A stretch of DNA of 64,000 nucleotides, taken from the NCBI GenBank assembly GCA_964385105.1, contig CAYLMU010000001.1, forward strand, positions 194,252-258,251, written 5' to 3'. The DNA comes from an uncultured Candidatus Saccharibacteria bacterium. Its GTDB lineage: Bacteria; Patescibacteriota; WWE3; UBA101185; UBA10185. Shown here in pieces: positions 19,904 to 30,295 of this stretch. The position numbers and the translations under genes were made by a program. Position 1 is the stretch's first letter. Each line of letters opens with the position of its first letter. The notes below the pieces were generated by a model. The model did no database searches and was not told where the DNA came from. It worked only from the letters and a program-made list of their open reading frames with translations.

Positions 19904-21181
19904 ATGATTGAATCAGAAATCCCCAACAATTACGGTACACATGAAATAAAAGTCGAAAAAGAGAGGCTGGGACCTTTAGAAATTGTTCATTTTGAAGGAA
20001 CTGTTGAAGAAACCCATAAGAGGCTTGGTGAAACAGTAAGAGACCAGGTGTGGTTGACGGCCGCGCGCAAATTAGAAGAATACGATTCATATGAAGATTT
20101 TTTAACAGATTTGCAAATGATGCACAGATGTCTTGAAGTTGTAAAAGACAAAAGCAATGATACAGAAATTGACCTACCAATAAGAAATGCAGTTAAAGAT
20201 TATGTTACTGCTTTACAATCCTGGGCAGGAGGTGCTTCATTACTTAATATTAATCACGAATATATTAAAAGGTTCGCTCAAGAATTCAATTTTGAAACCT
20301 CAGGTTCTTCTGAAGTTTTAGCATATTGGCTTCAAAATGATAATGTTGGATGTCAAAGCGGTATGTATAGAAAAGATGATGGTAATATTTTGGTTTGGCA
20401 TACAGAAGAAGATGTTGAAGATGAACCTGGCTCCAGATTTGATGCTATTAGAATTGGTCAATTTAGTTTAATCGGAGAAACTGGTGAAAGAGATGATAGA
20501 TATGCTTTAATTTATCCTGATTTACTCCCTGGTCCTGCAGCAGGTTTTGCACAAAACTTTTTTTATTCAATAGATTTTCAGAGCTTTCGACCCAATGAAC
20601 AGCCAAGTATTCTAGCAAATACTGCTGTTTGGGTTACATGGAAGCTTGGAGAAAGCAGAGATCCGGCAGAGGTGCTTAGAGCTCTAAGTCCCTATTATGA
20701 TGGATATACACTTAATACAGTACGTCGGTTGCCGGATGGTACACTGGAGTCAAAGAAATTAGAATTTGCGCATGGTTTAATTGCAGAATATAAATTAAAT
20801 GAAAATCCGGGAAGTAATCTTGTTTCAGCAAATGTTACTGAAGAGAACTCAGCAACCGAGCCAGCGCTCGATGAAATTGATGATGAAGAAAGTAACTATT
20901 ATGCAGGTAGAGTAAGAAGAACTAGACGTGCTCTTAAACTAATTGAGTCTACTGAATCAGGTGTTACACTTCAAACACTTCAGAGGATGCTCGCGTTTAG
21001 AGTAGGGAATCAGCCCCTTAAAGGCAGTGACGAGATGGAAAATGCTGCAAATTCAAATGTGGATGTTAAAGCTAAATTTGCTGTAATGTTCACACCTAAC
21101 GGTATGCAATTGGCTGTTTCGGCAGGTCCCGGAATAAGAAATGAAGAAGTTACTTACTTTGAATTTCAGATTTCTAATTAG
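19904..21181 (+). CDS. Ntn-hydrolase, peptidase C45 / isopenicillin-N acyltransferase-like
   Basis: Internal G-C(QSG) followed by LVWHTEED (compare the C45 GC...HNED pattern), YPDLLPG; ATG 19904 chosen because TATACT lies 6 nt upstream (track start 19889). Confidence 0.6.
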   Translation: MIESEIPNNYGTHEIKVEKERLGPLEIVHFEGTVEETHKRLGETVRDQVWLTAARKLEEYDSYEDFLTDLQMMHRCLEVVKDKSNDTEIDLPIRNAVKDYVTALQSWAGGASLLNINHEYIKRFAQEFNFETSGSSEVLAYWLQNDNVGCQSGMYRKDDGNILVWHTEEDVEDEPGSRFDAIRIGQFSLIGETGERDDRYALIYPDLLPGPAAGFAQNFFYSIDFQSFRPNEQPSILANTAVWVTWKLGESRDPAEVLRALSPYYDGYTLNTVRRLPDGTLESKKLEFAHGLIAEYKLNENPGSNLVSANVTEENSATEPALDEIDDEESNYYAGRVRRTRRALKLIESTESGVTLQTLQRMLAFRVGNQPLKGSDEMENAANSNVDVKAKFAVMFTPNGMQLAVSAGPGIRNEEVTYFEFQISN

Positions 21182-21252
21182 AGAATGTGCTTTAAACGCC
21201 TTTTATGCGGTAACGGTTGGTGTTTGCCATAATTATCTTAACTTCCTTTATT

Positions 21253-22185
21253 CTAAAGGCTTTCTCCAAACTCTTCCAACAATTTCTTCTGCTTTCGGTT
21301 TAGCCTTTTTGGAATTTTAACAATAATTTGCACTATCACATCGCCTTGCCCGCCGCCACGTAAACCGGGCATACCCTTGCCTTTGAGTCTAAATTGCGTA
21401 TTTGGCTGAGTACCTGCCGGAATTTTTAATTTTGCAGTTCCAAGCCCTGTTTCAGATTTTATGTCTACAACCGGAACTTTTATAGTATCTCCAAGTGCAG
21501 CTTGAACAAAGTCGATTTCTGCAATTGCTCCAAAATGGTCGCCTGCTCGTTGTGTAAATTCTTTTGGAGTTGGAACTCTAACTGTAATATATAAGTCACC
21601 GTTTGGTGCTCCGTTTGGCCCGGGCATGCCTTTTTCTGCAAATTTAATTTCTGTACCGTGGTGAACTCCGGCCGGGATTTTAATTTTTACCTCGCCGCTT
21701 TCTACTCTTATGGTTTTTTCGGTTCCCTTTACTGCCTCGGCAAAGTTTATATGCATTTCATAAAACAAATTTTTGCCTTTACGGGTTCTTTGCTGACCTC
21801 CAAAACCTCTAAATCCAAAAAATTCTTCAAAAATGTCAAAAGGATCAAAACTTTCACCGCTTCCACCGGAACTATAAGAGTATGTAAATGGGCCCCATTG
21901 ACCTTGACTTCCGCCAAACCCCCCAAATCCGGAATTTCCTGCTGCACCTTGACCCATTCCTGCGTGGCCGAATTGATCATACATTTTACGCTTTTGCGGA
22001 TCTTTAAGAACTTGATATGCTTCGTTAATTTCTTTAAAACGTTTTTCTGCGGTGGCTTTGTCACTTTTTGCCACCATATCAGGATGATGTTCTCTTGCTA
22101 AGTTTCTATAAGCTTTTTTTATTTCATCATCTGAAGCACCTTTTGGAACTCCCAGAATGTCGTAATAGTCTTTGTTGTTTGCCAT
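21253..22185 (-). CDS. dnaJ: DnaJ-class co-chaperone without zinc finger (class B/CbpA-like)
   Basis: KDYYDILG, HPD, G/F region, C-terminal IPAGTQ; no CxxCxGxG repeats. Confidence 0.9.
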   Translation of the reverse strand: MANNKDYYDILGVPKGASDDEIKKAYRNLAREHHPDMVAKSDKATAEKRFKEINEAYQVLKDPQKRKMYDQFGHAGMGQGAAGNSGFGGFGGSQGQWGPFTYSYSSGGSGESFDPFDIFEEFFGFRGFGGQQRTRKGKNLFYEMHINFAEAVKGTEKTIRVESGEVKIKIPAGVHHGTEIKFAEKGMPGPNGAPNGDLYITVRVPTPKEFTQRAGDHFGAIAEIDFVQAALGDTIKVPVVDIKSETGLGTAKLKIPAGTQPNTQFRLKGKGMPGLRGGGQGDVIVQIIVKIPKRLNRKQKKLLEEFGESL

Positions 22186-22261
22186 AGCGGAATAATTTTA
22201 GCAGTTATATTGTATGTTTGCCAGATTTTGCTGAAGTTAAGTTGTGGGGTAAAATTGGGTA

Positions 22262-22990
22262 ATGTCACTTGAATCTGCCCCTGAAACAAGCAACGAAATA
22301 AAAGAGCCAGAATTAGAACCAGATTCCCCACGCGACTCTGAAGTTTTTTCACTTGCCGGATTTTTCGAACTTTCTCCCGATGAGAATCGACCTAAATTAG
22401 AGCTTGATGAAACCCCTGCTACACCTGAAGACTTAAAAGGTACAGTAATAGAATATAAAGATCCTTTAATAGAATTCAGAAGGCCTACGGTTGCGCCCGA
22501 AAAAATGACTCCGGACGATGCCAGACAGATGGCTGTTACACTAGTTGAAAATGCCTTGGAAAACGATTTATCAAATCGCGAAATGCTTGAAAAAATTTTA
22601 GCGGTACTTAACGAAACAGATAAAAGCCCAGAAAACTTAGATTTGGCAGAAGCATTTTTTTCCGGAATATATTACTCAGCTATTGATAGATATACACAAA
22701 AAGAATCTATGAGGTTACATGTTTCCGACCTTGTTGCCGGTGGAGGTGATGTGCAGACAAGCGAATACAGACAAAATCGGCAAGATAAAAATCCTGATCA
22801 AATCGAATTTACAGACGACTATGCAAATAGTTTACAACAACCTGCCAATAAAGAAGCACAAATAAAACTTAAAGAAAGGGAATCTGATATAGCTTACCGT
22901 GATGCACAATATACACAAAAAATGCTTGAATTTGTAAGAAGTCTTAAAGAACGTACTATCGAAACCCAATCCATTCAAACTCTTATTTAA
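22262..22990 (+). CDS. Acidic hypothetical protein inserted antisense between dnaK and dnaJ
   Basis: 242-aa ORF; TAAAAT lies 6 nt before the ATG. Confidence 0.7.
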   Translation: MSLESAPETSNEIKEPELEPDSPRDSEVFSLAGFFELSPDENRPKLELDETPATPEDLKGTVIEYKDPLIEFRRPTVAPEKMTPDDARQMAVTLVENALENDLSNREMLEKILAVLNETDKSPENLDLAEAFFSGIYYSAIDRYTQKESMRLHVSDLVAGGGDVQTSEYRQNRQDKNPDQIEFTDDYANSLQQPANKEAQIKLKERESDIAYRDAQYTQKMLEFVRSLKERTIETQSIQTLI

Positions 22991-23150
22991 GCCCTTAACA
23001 AAAACAAGACGTGTGAGATAGCAATATATGTTGATCCGATATTAAGGCGTAGGATATTAATACAGCACGCCAAAAGATATGATATAGAGAACCAAGATGC
23101 AGATTATTCGCCGAACCTGGTGGTTAGGGTCACATATATGCAAAATAAAG

Positions 23151-25049
23151 TTATTCTTCGTCTATAACTTCACCTTCAACAGTGTCATCATCATTTGAAT
23201 TTTCATTTCCACGGGCATCGCCCTCAGTTCCGCCTTCAGGTGAAGTACCTTGTGCCCCCTGATCATACATATATTGTCCGATTTTTTGCATTTCTAAACC
23301 AAGTTCTTCGGTTTTTTTCTTTAGTTCTTCGGTTGAAGCTGTTGGTAATACTTCACGTAAATCTTTAATTTTTGCTTCAATTGAGCTTTTAACATCAGCC
23401 GGAACTTTGTCACCTGCATCACGTAAAGATTTTTCGGCTGTATGAATTGTGGCATCGGCTAAGTTTCGTGCGTCTACCTGTTCTTTTTTCATTTTGTCTT
23501 CTTCTGCGTGCCGTTCTGCATCTTTTACCATTTGTTCAATTTCTTCATCACTTAATCCCGTGCCGCCTTGAATTGTGATTTTTTGTACTTTTCCTGATGC
23601 TTTGTCTTTTGCGCTTACATTTATTAATCCATTTGCATCTATATCAAAAGTGACTTCAACTTGAGGAACGCCTCTTGGTGCAGGAGGTATTCCGTCTAAG
23701 ATAAATCTGCCCAAACTTTTGTTATCTACTGCCATTTCACGTTCACCCTGTAATACGTTTATTTCTACCTGTGTTTGATTATCTGCAGCTGTACTAAAAA
23801 TCTGGCTTGCTGACGTTGGAATAGTAGTGTTTCTTTTTATGAGCGGAGTCGCCACACCGCCCAAAGTTTCAATACCCAAAGTTAAAGGTGTAACATCAAG
23901 CAAAAGCACATCTTTTACGTCACCGCCCAAAACTCCTCCTTGAATTGCAGCACCGATTGCTACAACTTCGTCAGGGTTTACACCTTTGTGAGGTTCTTTA
24001 CCAAAGAAGTTTTTTACAACCTCATTTACTTTTGGAGTTCGGGTCATTCCGCCCACCATAACAACTTCATTAATTTCAGAAACTGACACTCCTGCATCGT
24101 CAAGTGCTTTTTTAACAGGAATTAGTGTTTTTTGTATTAAATCATCAACAAGTTGTTCATATTTTGCACGGGTTAGTCTTATATTCAGGTGTTTTGGCCC
24201 TGATTGATCTGCTGTTATAAAAGGAATATTTATTTCAGTTTCTAGTGTGCTTGAAAGCTCTATTTTAGCCTTTTCTGCAGCATCCTTTAACCTTTGCATT
24301 GCCTGTCTGTCATTTGCAAGGTCTATACCGCTTTCTTTTTTAAACTCTTCAATAAGATGGCTAATTAAGACTCTATCAAAATCATCTCCTCCAAGGTGTG
24401 TATCACCGCTTGTTGATTTAACCTCAAAAACTCCATCACCGACTTCAAGTACCGATACATCAAACGTACCTCCCCCAAGGTCATAAACAACTATTTTTTC
24501 GTTAGCTTTTTTATCAAGACCATAAGCTAAAGATGCAGCTGTTGGTTCATTTATAATTCTTTTTACTTCAAGACCGGCAATTTGACCTGCTTCTTTTGTA
24601 GCATTTCTTTGTGCATCGTCAAAGTATGCCGGAACAGTAATTACAGCTTCAGTTACTTCGTGTCCTAAAAATTTTTCGGCGTCGCTTTTTAACTTTCTTA
24701 GAATCATTGCTGAAATCTCTTGCGGAGTATACACTTTACCTTCAACCTCAACTGCAGCCATACCGTTTTTTCCCTCAACAATTGTATATGGATAATCGGT
24801 TTTAAGTGCTTTAACTTCGGGCGAGTCATATTTCATACCCATCAGTCTTTTTACACTGAATATAGTATTTTTTGGATTTACTACTTGTTGTCGCTTAGCG
24901 GGTACACCAACCAGGTTTTGTGCCGGTGCCACTACAGAAGGTGTGGTGTTATTGCCTTCTGCACTGGGTATAACTTTGGGATTTCCACCCTCCATTACGG
25001 CCATTGCGCTATTTGTTGTTCCTAAGTCTATTCCTATAATTTTTGCCAT
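23151..25049 (-). CDS. dnaK: Chaperone DnaK
   Basis: [34 protein letters not shown]; start set at ATG 25049. Confidence 0.99.
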   Translation of the reverse strand: MAKIIGIDLGTTNSAMAVMEGGNPKVIPSAEGNNTTPSVVAPAQNLVGVPAKRQQVVNPKNTIFSVKRLMGMKYDSPEVKALKTDYPYTIVEGKNGMAAVEVEGKVYTPQEISAMILRKLKSDAEKFLGHEVTEAVITVPAYFDDAQRNATKEAGQIAGLEVKRIINEPTAASLAYGLDKKANEKIVVYDLGGGTFDVSVLEVGDGVFEVKSTSGDTHLGGDDFDRVLISHLIEEFKKESGIDLANDRQAMQRLKDAAEKAKIELSSTLETEINIPFITADQSGPKHLNIRLTRAKYEQLVDDLIQKTLIPVKKALDDAGVSVSEINEVVMVGGMTRTPKVNEVVKNFFGKEPHKGVNPDEVVAIGAAIQGGVLGGDVKDVLLLDVTPLTLGIETLGGVATPLIKRNTTIPTSASQIFSTAADNQTQVEINVLQGEREMAVDNKSLGRFILDGIPPAPRGVPQVEVTFDIDANGLINVSAKDKASGKVQKITIQGGTGLSDEEIEQMVKDAERHAEEDKMKKEQVDARNLADATIHTAEKSLRDAGDKVPADVKSSIEAKIKDLREVLPTASTEELKKKTEELGLEMQKIGQYMYDQGAQGTSPEGGTEGDARGNENSNDDDTVEGEVIDEE

Positions 25050-25114
25050 ATATGTGCGGTTTTGTGTTTTTGGCATCTAAGTCCTTGGCTATGCCTGCGG
25101 GACAATCCCTCAAA

Positions 25115-25546
25115 TCACAAATCCTCCTTTCTAGTTTGGCCGACTTTTACTTTTGCCGGTCTAATAACTTTATTCTTTAGTAAATAACCTTTTTGCATAA
25201 CCTCCATAACTTTTCCTTCTTCTCCTTCAACAATTTCTACAGCGTCCATTAAGCTTGAGTCAAAATCCTTGTTTTCCGCATCAATCTCTTCTAAACCTTC
25301 TTCAAATAAAATTTGCTTAAATTCTTTTAAAATCATATTCATGCCTTCATCGTTCATGTGGGCATTGAGCAATTCAAGATTATCTAAAATAGGCAGTAGT
25401 TTTGAAATTAATACCCAGTTTGAGTATTTTACAAATTCTTCACGCTCTTCAGAAACCCTTTTTTCTAGATTTTTGTAGTCGGCTAGCGCACGTTTCCAGT
25501 TATTTTCAAGTTCTTGTACTTTTTGTTCAAGTTCATCCATTACCAC
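25115..25546 (-). CDS. grpE: Nucleotide exchange factor GrpE
   Basis: RALADYKNLEKR, LLPILDNL, QKGYLL...IRPAKVKV. Confidence 0.95.
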   Translation of the reverse strand: MVMDELEQKVQELENNWKRALADYKNLEKRVSEEREEFVKYSNWVLISKLLPILDNLELLNAHMNDEGMNMILKEFKQILFEEGLEEIDAENKDFDSSLMDAVEIVEGEEGKVMEVMQKGYLLKNKVIRPAKVKVGQTRKEDL

Positions 25547-26265
25547 GAACCCCCTAATTCCTCTATTAAGTTTTTGGTGTACCTAACGGCAGGAATTATT
25601 TGCGGGTAATTCATTCTTGCAGGGCCAAAGACACAAATAAATCCATGCCTTTTGTTCACCAGGTATGGTGTAACAACAATTCCACATTCAGAAAGATTTT
25701 CGTTATCAAGATCGCTTCCGATTAAATATTGTATCGACCTGCTATTGTGTTGAACTTTTCTTAAAAGCCTATCTAATAATTCAAACCTGTCTATAAGGTG
25801 GAGAGCTTCTTTTGCAACATCAATATCCCAAAATTCTTTGTGGTCAAGCAAGTTTACTGCTCCGGCATGAATTACCATTCCATCGTCGGTTGTAACAATT
25901 GTTAGTTCATGAATTAAATCTGACAGCGATAAAACCGCTTGTCTAAGCATTTTGTCAAAAGCGTATCTGTTTGCCCATAATCTTTGTTTTAAAGCTACCT
26001 CTTGCAATACCGGCAATTCTTCTTCTTCCATCATTTGCTCCAGATATAGTTTATAAGCTAGAGGTGTGGGAACTCGCCCCGAAGAAGTATGCAGCATGTC
26101 TAGATAACCTTCTTCAATAAGGCGTGCCATTTCGTTTCTAACTGTTGCCGGGGAATATCTAATATTGTATTTTTCCACAATCAATGATGAACCAACCGGT
26201 TCTGCGTTGTGAATATATTCAAGTATTATTGCATTTAGTAATCTTATTTGTCGTTCAGATAACAT
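25540..26265 (-). CDS. hrcA: Heat-inducible repressor HrcA (short form)
   Basis: EPVGS, SPATVRNEMARL, HTSSGRVPT, GPARMNY. Confidence 0.95.
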   Translation of the reverse strand: MLSERQIRLLNAIILEYIHNAEPVGSSLIVEKYNIRYSPATVRNEMARLIEEGYLDMLHTSSGRVPTPLAYKLYLEQMMEEEELPVLQEVALKQRLWANRYAFDKMLRQAVLSLSDLIHELTIVTTDDGMVIHAGAVNLLDHKEFWDIDVAKEALHLIDRFELLDRLLRKVQHNSRSIQYLIGSDLDNENLSECGIVVTPYLVNKRHGFICVFGPARMNYPQIIPAVRYTKNLIEELGGSW

Positions 26266-26266
26266 G

Positions 26267-26302
26267 CTATCACTATGATAGCACGAGTGCTAAGTGTGTC
26301 AA
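26267..26302 (-). promoter_or_regulatory. hrcA operon promoter overlapping a degenerate CIRCE
   Basis: TTGACA-16nt-TATCAT with a TG extension; TTAGCACTC-N9-TAGTGATAG versus consensus TTAGCACTC-N9-GAGTGCTAA. Confidence 0.8.
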
Positions 26303-26334
26303 GATAGTTAAATTTTTTTAAATTCTTTTAGAAG

Positions 26335-26366
26335 TGAGGCACTCCACCGCTAGGTAGTGTGCCTCA
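26335..26366. terminator. GC-rich hairpin downstream of the 87-aa orphan
   Basis: TGAGGCAC...GTGCCTCA inverted repeat; poor U-tract. Confidence 0.45.
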
Positions 26367-26394
26367 TGGTTTGTGATTCTTTTTGCAATTACAC

Positions 26395-26658
26395 TCAATA
26401 AGACATAAGACAGATACTATTCAATTTACGCTTAAGTACACCAAACCCAAGCTTTGTAGTGAAAAGAGTTTGACCGGTATTAATTGTTCCGACTGTCTCA
26501 AACTTTTCATCTTTTCGTAAATGTCTACTGATATCTTCGTTAGCAAGTACACACCATTGCTTTTTATTCTTAGCGGGATAAATTGCCGCATTCGCTTCTA
26601 CTTTGCTTACGATTGACAATGCATTCACAAATGTGGTGCACAATCTATATGCGTCCAT
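26395..26658 (-). CDS. Hypothetical protein
   Basis: 87-aa ORF with SD AAGGAGTGG and its own promoter. Confidence 0.7.
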   Translation of the reverse strand: MDAYRLCTTFVNALSIVSKVEANAAIYPAKNKKQWCVLANEDISRHLRKDEKFETVGTINTGQTLFTTKLGFGVLKRKLNSICLMSY

Positions 26659-26706
26659 CTCACCACTCCTTTTATTTAAGGCATAATTGCGTTAAAGATC
26701 TTTGAA

Positions 26707-26735
26707 ACTATAATAAAAAATAATCAGAAGGTCAA
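26707..26735 (-). promoter_or_regulatory. Sigma70 promoter for the 87-aa orphan
   Basis: TTGACC-17nt-TATAGT on the minus strand. Confidence 0.65.
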
Positions 26736-26754
26736 TATGAAAATCGTTTTGTTG

Positions 26755-28563
26755 TTAGCTCTTAAGTACTTCTCTAAATGCTTCCTGTGGAATATCAACT
26801 TTTCCAATTCTTTTCATGCGTTCTTTTCCTTTTTTTTGTCGTTCTAACACTTTATCTTTTCTTTCTCTGTGTCCGCCAGAAAGCTTTGCCAAAACATCTT
26901 TTCCAACGGCTCCAATATCTTCTCGGGCAACAATTTTGCCGCCTATTGCTGCTTGTAAAGCCACTTTAAATTGTTGTCTTGGTATTACTTCCTTTAGTTT
27001 TCTCAAAACTTTTTTTCCTGATTCATGGGCATTTTGTTTTAAAACTATTTGAGATAAAGGCTCAACAACTTCACCGTGTACAAGAATTTCAAGTTTTACC
27101 ACGTCTACGGGGCGGTAGTCTAAAAAGTCATAATCAACAGAAGCAAATCCTGAAGAAATTGTTTTTAATTCGTCAAAAAAATTGTAAATAAGTTCTGAAA
27201 GCGGCAATTCATATTCAAAAATAACCGTGCTTTCACTTGGGTAAAACATTTTATTCATAATTCCTCTACGTATTTCACACAATCCGATTATTCCCCCAAC
27301 ATAATCTTTAGGCGACACAATATTTAACGAAATCCATGGTTCTAATACTTCTTTTATTTTTGACCTGTCGGGCATGTCGGATGGTGTTTTTACCGGAACT
27401 TTTTCGCCGTTTGAAAGGTGTACTTCGTATTCAACCGAAGGAATCGTTGAAATCAGGTCAAGATTGTATTCCCGCTCAAGTCGTTCTTGTACTATATCTG
27501 CGTGTAACAAACCCAAAAAGCCGCATCTAAAACCAAATCCAAGTGCAGAATTACTTTCAGGCTCAAACTGCAGCGCCGAATCAGACAATGATAATTTTTC
27601 TAAAGCTTCTCGCAATTGCGGAAACTGATCGTTATCAATGGGATAAATAGAAACAAAAACAAACGGTTTAACAACCTTGTATCCCGGCAAAGGTTTAATT
27701 TGTGTGTAATTGTTATTTAAAGTAATTGTATCGCCCACCTTTACAGCATGAATATCTTTCAGGCCGGTTGCAATATATCCTACTTCGCCGGTTTTTAGTT
27801 CTGTTAGTTCGGTTCTTAAAGGTTTCATCACCCCCACACTTTCAGGAATTGAAGTTGCACCGGTAGCCATAAGCCTTATTTTTTCTCTATTTAATATGTT
27901 TTGTTTGTTAATTTGACCGTCTACAACTTTGAGCATAGCTACAACGCCTAAAAATTCATCATAGTAGGTATCAAAAATTAATCCTCGTAACTCAGAATCG
28001 GGATTGCCGCTTGGCGGGGGAGTTCTTTTAATAACTTCTCTTAACAAATCTTCAACACCTTCGCCCGTTTTGGCCGAAATATGCAAAATTTCTTCTTTTT
28101 TAAAGCCAAAAGTATCAACAATATCGTTTTTTATCTTTTCAATATTAGCTCCGGGAAGGTCTATTTTGTTTAATACCGGAATAATCTGCAAATTTGCATC
28201 AAGCGCTTTGTAAACATTAGAAACAGTTTGAGCTTGTATGCCTTGTGATGAATCAACAAGCAAAATCGCACTTTCACATGCTGCAAGAGATCTTGAAACT
28301 TCATAAGCAAAATCCACATGTCCCGGAGTATCTATTAAATTTAACTGATATTCTTTTTCATCGTGTAAATAATTCATTCGAATTGCCTTAAGTTTAATAG
28401 TAATACCCTTTTCACGTTCAAGATCCATGCTGTCAAGCGTTTGTTCTTTCATCTTTCTCTTTTCAATTGTATTTGTGAGTTCAAGCAGTCTGTCGGCCAA
28501 TGTTGATTTGCCATGATCTATGTGGGCAATTATGCAGAAATTTCTTATATTGCTCTGTTCCAT
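26755..28563 (-). CDS. lepA: Elongation factor 4 (LepA)
   Basis: IRNFCIIAHIDHGKSTLADR, LGFGFRCGFLGLLH. Confidence 0.98.
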   Translation of the reverse strand: MEQSNIRNFCIIAHIDHGKSTLADRLLELTNTIEKRKMKEQTLDSMDLEREKGITIKLKAIRMNYLHDEKEYQLNLIDTPGHVDFAYEVSRSLAACESAILLVDSSQGIQAQTVSNVYKALDANLQIIPVLNKIDLPGANIEKIKNDIVDTFGFKKEEILHISAKTGEGVEDLLREVIKRTPPPSGNPDSELRGLIFDTYYDEFLGVVAMLKVVDGQINKQNILNREKIRLMATGATSIPESVGVMKPLRTELTELKTGEVGYIATGLKDIHAVKVGDTITLNNNYTQIKPLPGYKVVKPFVFVSIYPIDNDQFPQLREALEKLSLSDSALQFEPESNSALGFGFRCGFLGLLHADIVQERLEREYNLDLISTIPSVEYEVHLSNGEKVPVKTPSDMPDRSKIKEVLEPWISLNIVSPKDYVGGIIGLCEIRRGIMNKMFYPSESTVIFEYELPLSELIYNFFDELKTISSGFASVDYDFLDYRPVDVVKLEILVHGEVVEPLSQIVLKQNAHESGKKVLRKLKEVIPRQQFKVALQAAIGGKIVAREDIGAVGKDVLAKLSGGHRERKDKVLERQKKGKERMKRIGKVDIPQEAFREVLKS

Positions 28564-28600
28564 ACCGGCTAATTATATGATAATTTTTGTTTAAATACAG

Positions 28601-30271
28601 TTATTCTTCCAGTGGAGCAGTAATAGGTAGTTTTGCCTCTTTTATTTTTAGCCGTCTCATTAATTTGTAAAATAGTTCAATTTCTTCTACTGCAAAGATT
28701 TTTGTAAAAAATAAGTATACGGCGGTACCTGCTATACCTGCTACGGCTGTTAATGCGGCAAGTCCTGCGGTGTGTGCCGTGTCAAAAACAAATTCATCTA
28801 AAAGTTTTAACGGAGCATAAAGTGAAATTCCCATAAATACTGCTGCATAACTTATTTTCACAAAAGGAATAAGAAGTTCGTTAACCTCAAATCCGCCGAG
28901 TTTTTTTGCTAAAAAGTGCAAAAGCAGAATCGAGTCAAGTATCGAAGTTATAGTATATGCAAATGCAATAGACCATACTCCAAGATTTAAAACTCTCACA
29001 AATGTATAAGAAAGTGCAACATTAATAACAATTGTAACTAAACTTATTAAAACCGGCGTAACAGTGTCTTTTAGCGAATAAAAAGTTCTTGATAGCAAAT
29101 AAAATGTACTTTGGGCAAAAATTGATATGCTAAAAAATGCCAAAGCATAAGAAGTTTTTACTGTTGCTTCCCAGGGAAAGTTTGAAACACCGTACACAAG
29201 TCTTACAACAGGTACTCGAAGAACCAGCAAAATCACACTTGCCGGAATAACAAGAAACAATGTTTGATGAAGCGTTGTTATAAATATTTTTTTGAAGTTT
29301 TTTTGGTCATTCTCATCGGAATGTTCTGATAGCACAGGAAGAGAAGCTGTAGCAATAGAAGCCCCAAACAAATGAACGGGAAAATATTGTAATTGACTGG
29401 CGAATTTAAGCAAAACTACCGATGAGGTTGATATTAAAATAGCAAGTGAATTATTTATAGTGGCTACAAGCTGACTGAATAGCACACTCATTACACGAGG
29501 GGGCATTAGCAAAAACATTTTTCTTACTTCGGGAATGCTTACTTTTAAACTTGGAAAATACCTAAAGTCTACAGTTTTCAAAAAAGGTAGCTGTATTAAC
29601 AGATGAAACGCTGCGCCGATTACAATACCCAGTGCCGGCCCATATATGCCCATAATCGGACTTAAAAACATTATTCCAAAAAGCATCCCGAGGTTGTACA
29701 AAATAGGAGCAAGTGCAGGAATGGCAAATTGTTTAAACGATTGAAGTATGCTTGTGAAAAAACTGCTTACAACAAGTACAAGCTGAGCACCCATCATTAT
29801 TTGCATAAGTCTGGCGCCAAGTTTTATTTGGTCAGGTGTAAAAGTACCAACTGAAAGTATTCTTATTAACGGTTCGGCAAAAAGCATAACAAGTACCCCC
29901 AACGCAAAAAAAGTTAAAATTCCGATTGTTATAACCGAAGAAGCAATTTCCCAGGCACGTTTTTTATTTTTTTGTAAAGTGTCTGCAAATATTGGTATAA
30001 AAACAGTTGATATAGCGCCAATAACAAGCACCGAATATATAAGGTTGGGTATTCGATCGGCAGTGTAAAAAATTCCCAGTTCTTCAGAAACGCCGAAATA
30101 ATAGCTTAAAAGCCTTCCCTTTAAGAGTCCAAGTATGGCTGTTATTCCACTTGAAATTGCAAGCAAAAAAGCAGCAGAAAGTATGGAATTTTGTGCCTGA
30201 ACCGCAAAGCTGAGTCTGCCTTTGAGCTGAATAAATTTGAGTTTATTACCAAACAGTTCTAAAAAATTCAT
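28601..30271 (-). CDS. murJ: Lipid II flippase MurJ/MviN
   Basis: ADRIPNLIY, FIPIF, about 14 TM segments, RTFYSLKDTVTP; start set at ATG 30271. Confidence 0.9.
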   Translation of the reverse strand: MNFLELFGNKLKFIQLKGRLSFAVQAQNSILSAAFLLAISSGITAILGLLKGRLLSYYFGVSEELGIFYTADRIPNLIYSVLVIGAISTVFIPIFADTLQKNKKRAWEIASSVITIGILTFFALGVLVMLFAEPLIRILSVGTFTPDQIKLGARLMQIMMGAQLVLVVSSFFTSILQSFKQFAIPALAPILYNLGMLFGIMFLSPIMGIYGPALGIVIGAAFHLLIQLPFLKTVDFRYFPSLKVSIPEVRKMFLLMPPRVMSVLFSQLVATINNSLAILISTSSVVLLKFASQLQYFPVHLFGASIATASLPVLSEHSDENDQKNFKKIFITTLHQTLFLVIPASVILLVLRVPVVRLVYGVSNFPWEATVKTSYALAFFSISIFAQSTFYLLSRTFYSLKDTVTPVLISLVTIVINVALSYTFVRVLNLGVWSIAFAYTITSILDSILLLHFLAKKLGGFEVNELLIPFVKISYAAVFMGISLYAPLKLLDEFVFDTAHTAGLAALTAVAGIAGTAVYLFFTKIFAVEEIELFYKLMRRLKIKEAKLPITAPLEE

Positions 30272-30295
30272 ATATATGCTATGATACAGCACGTT

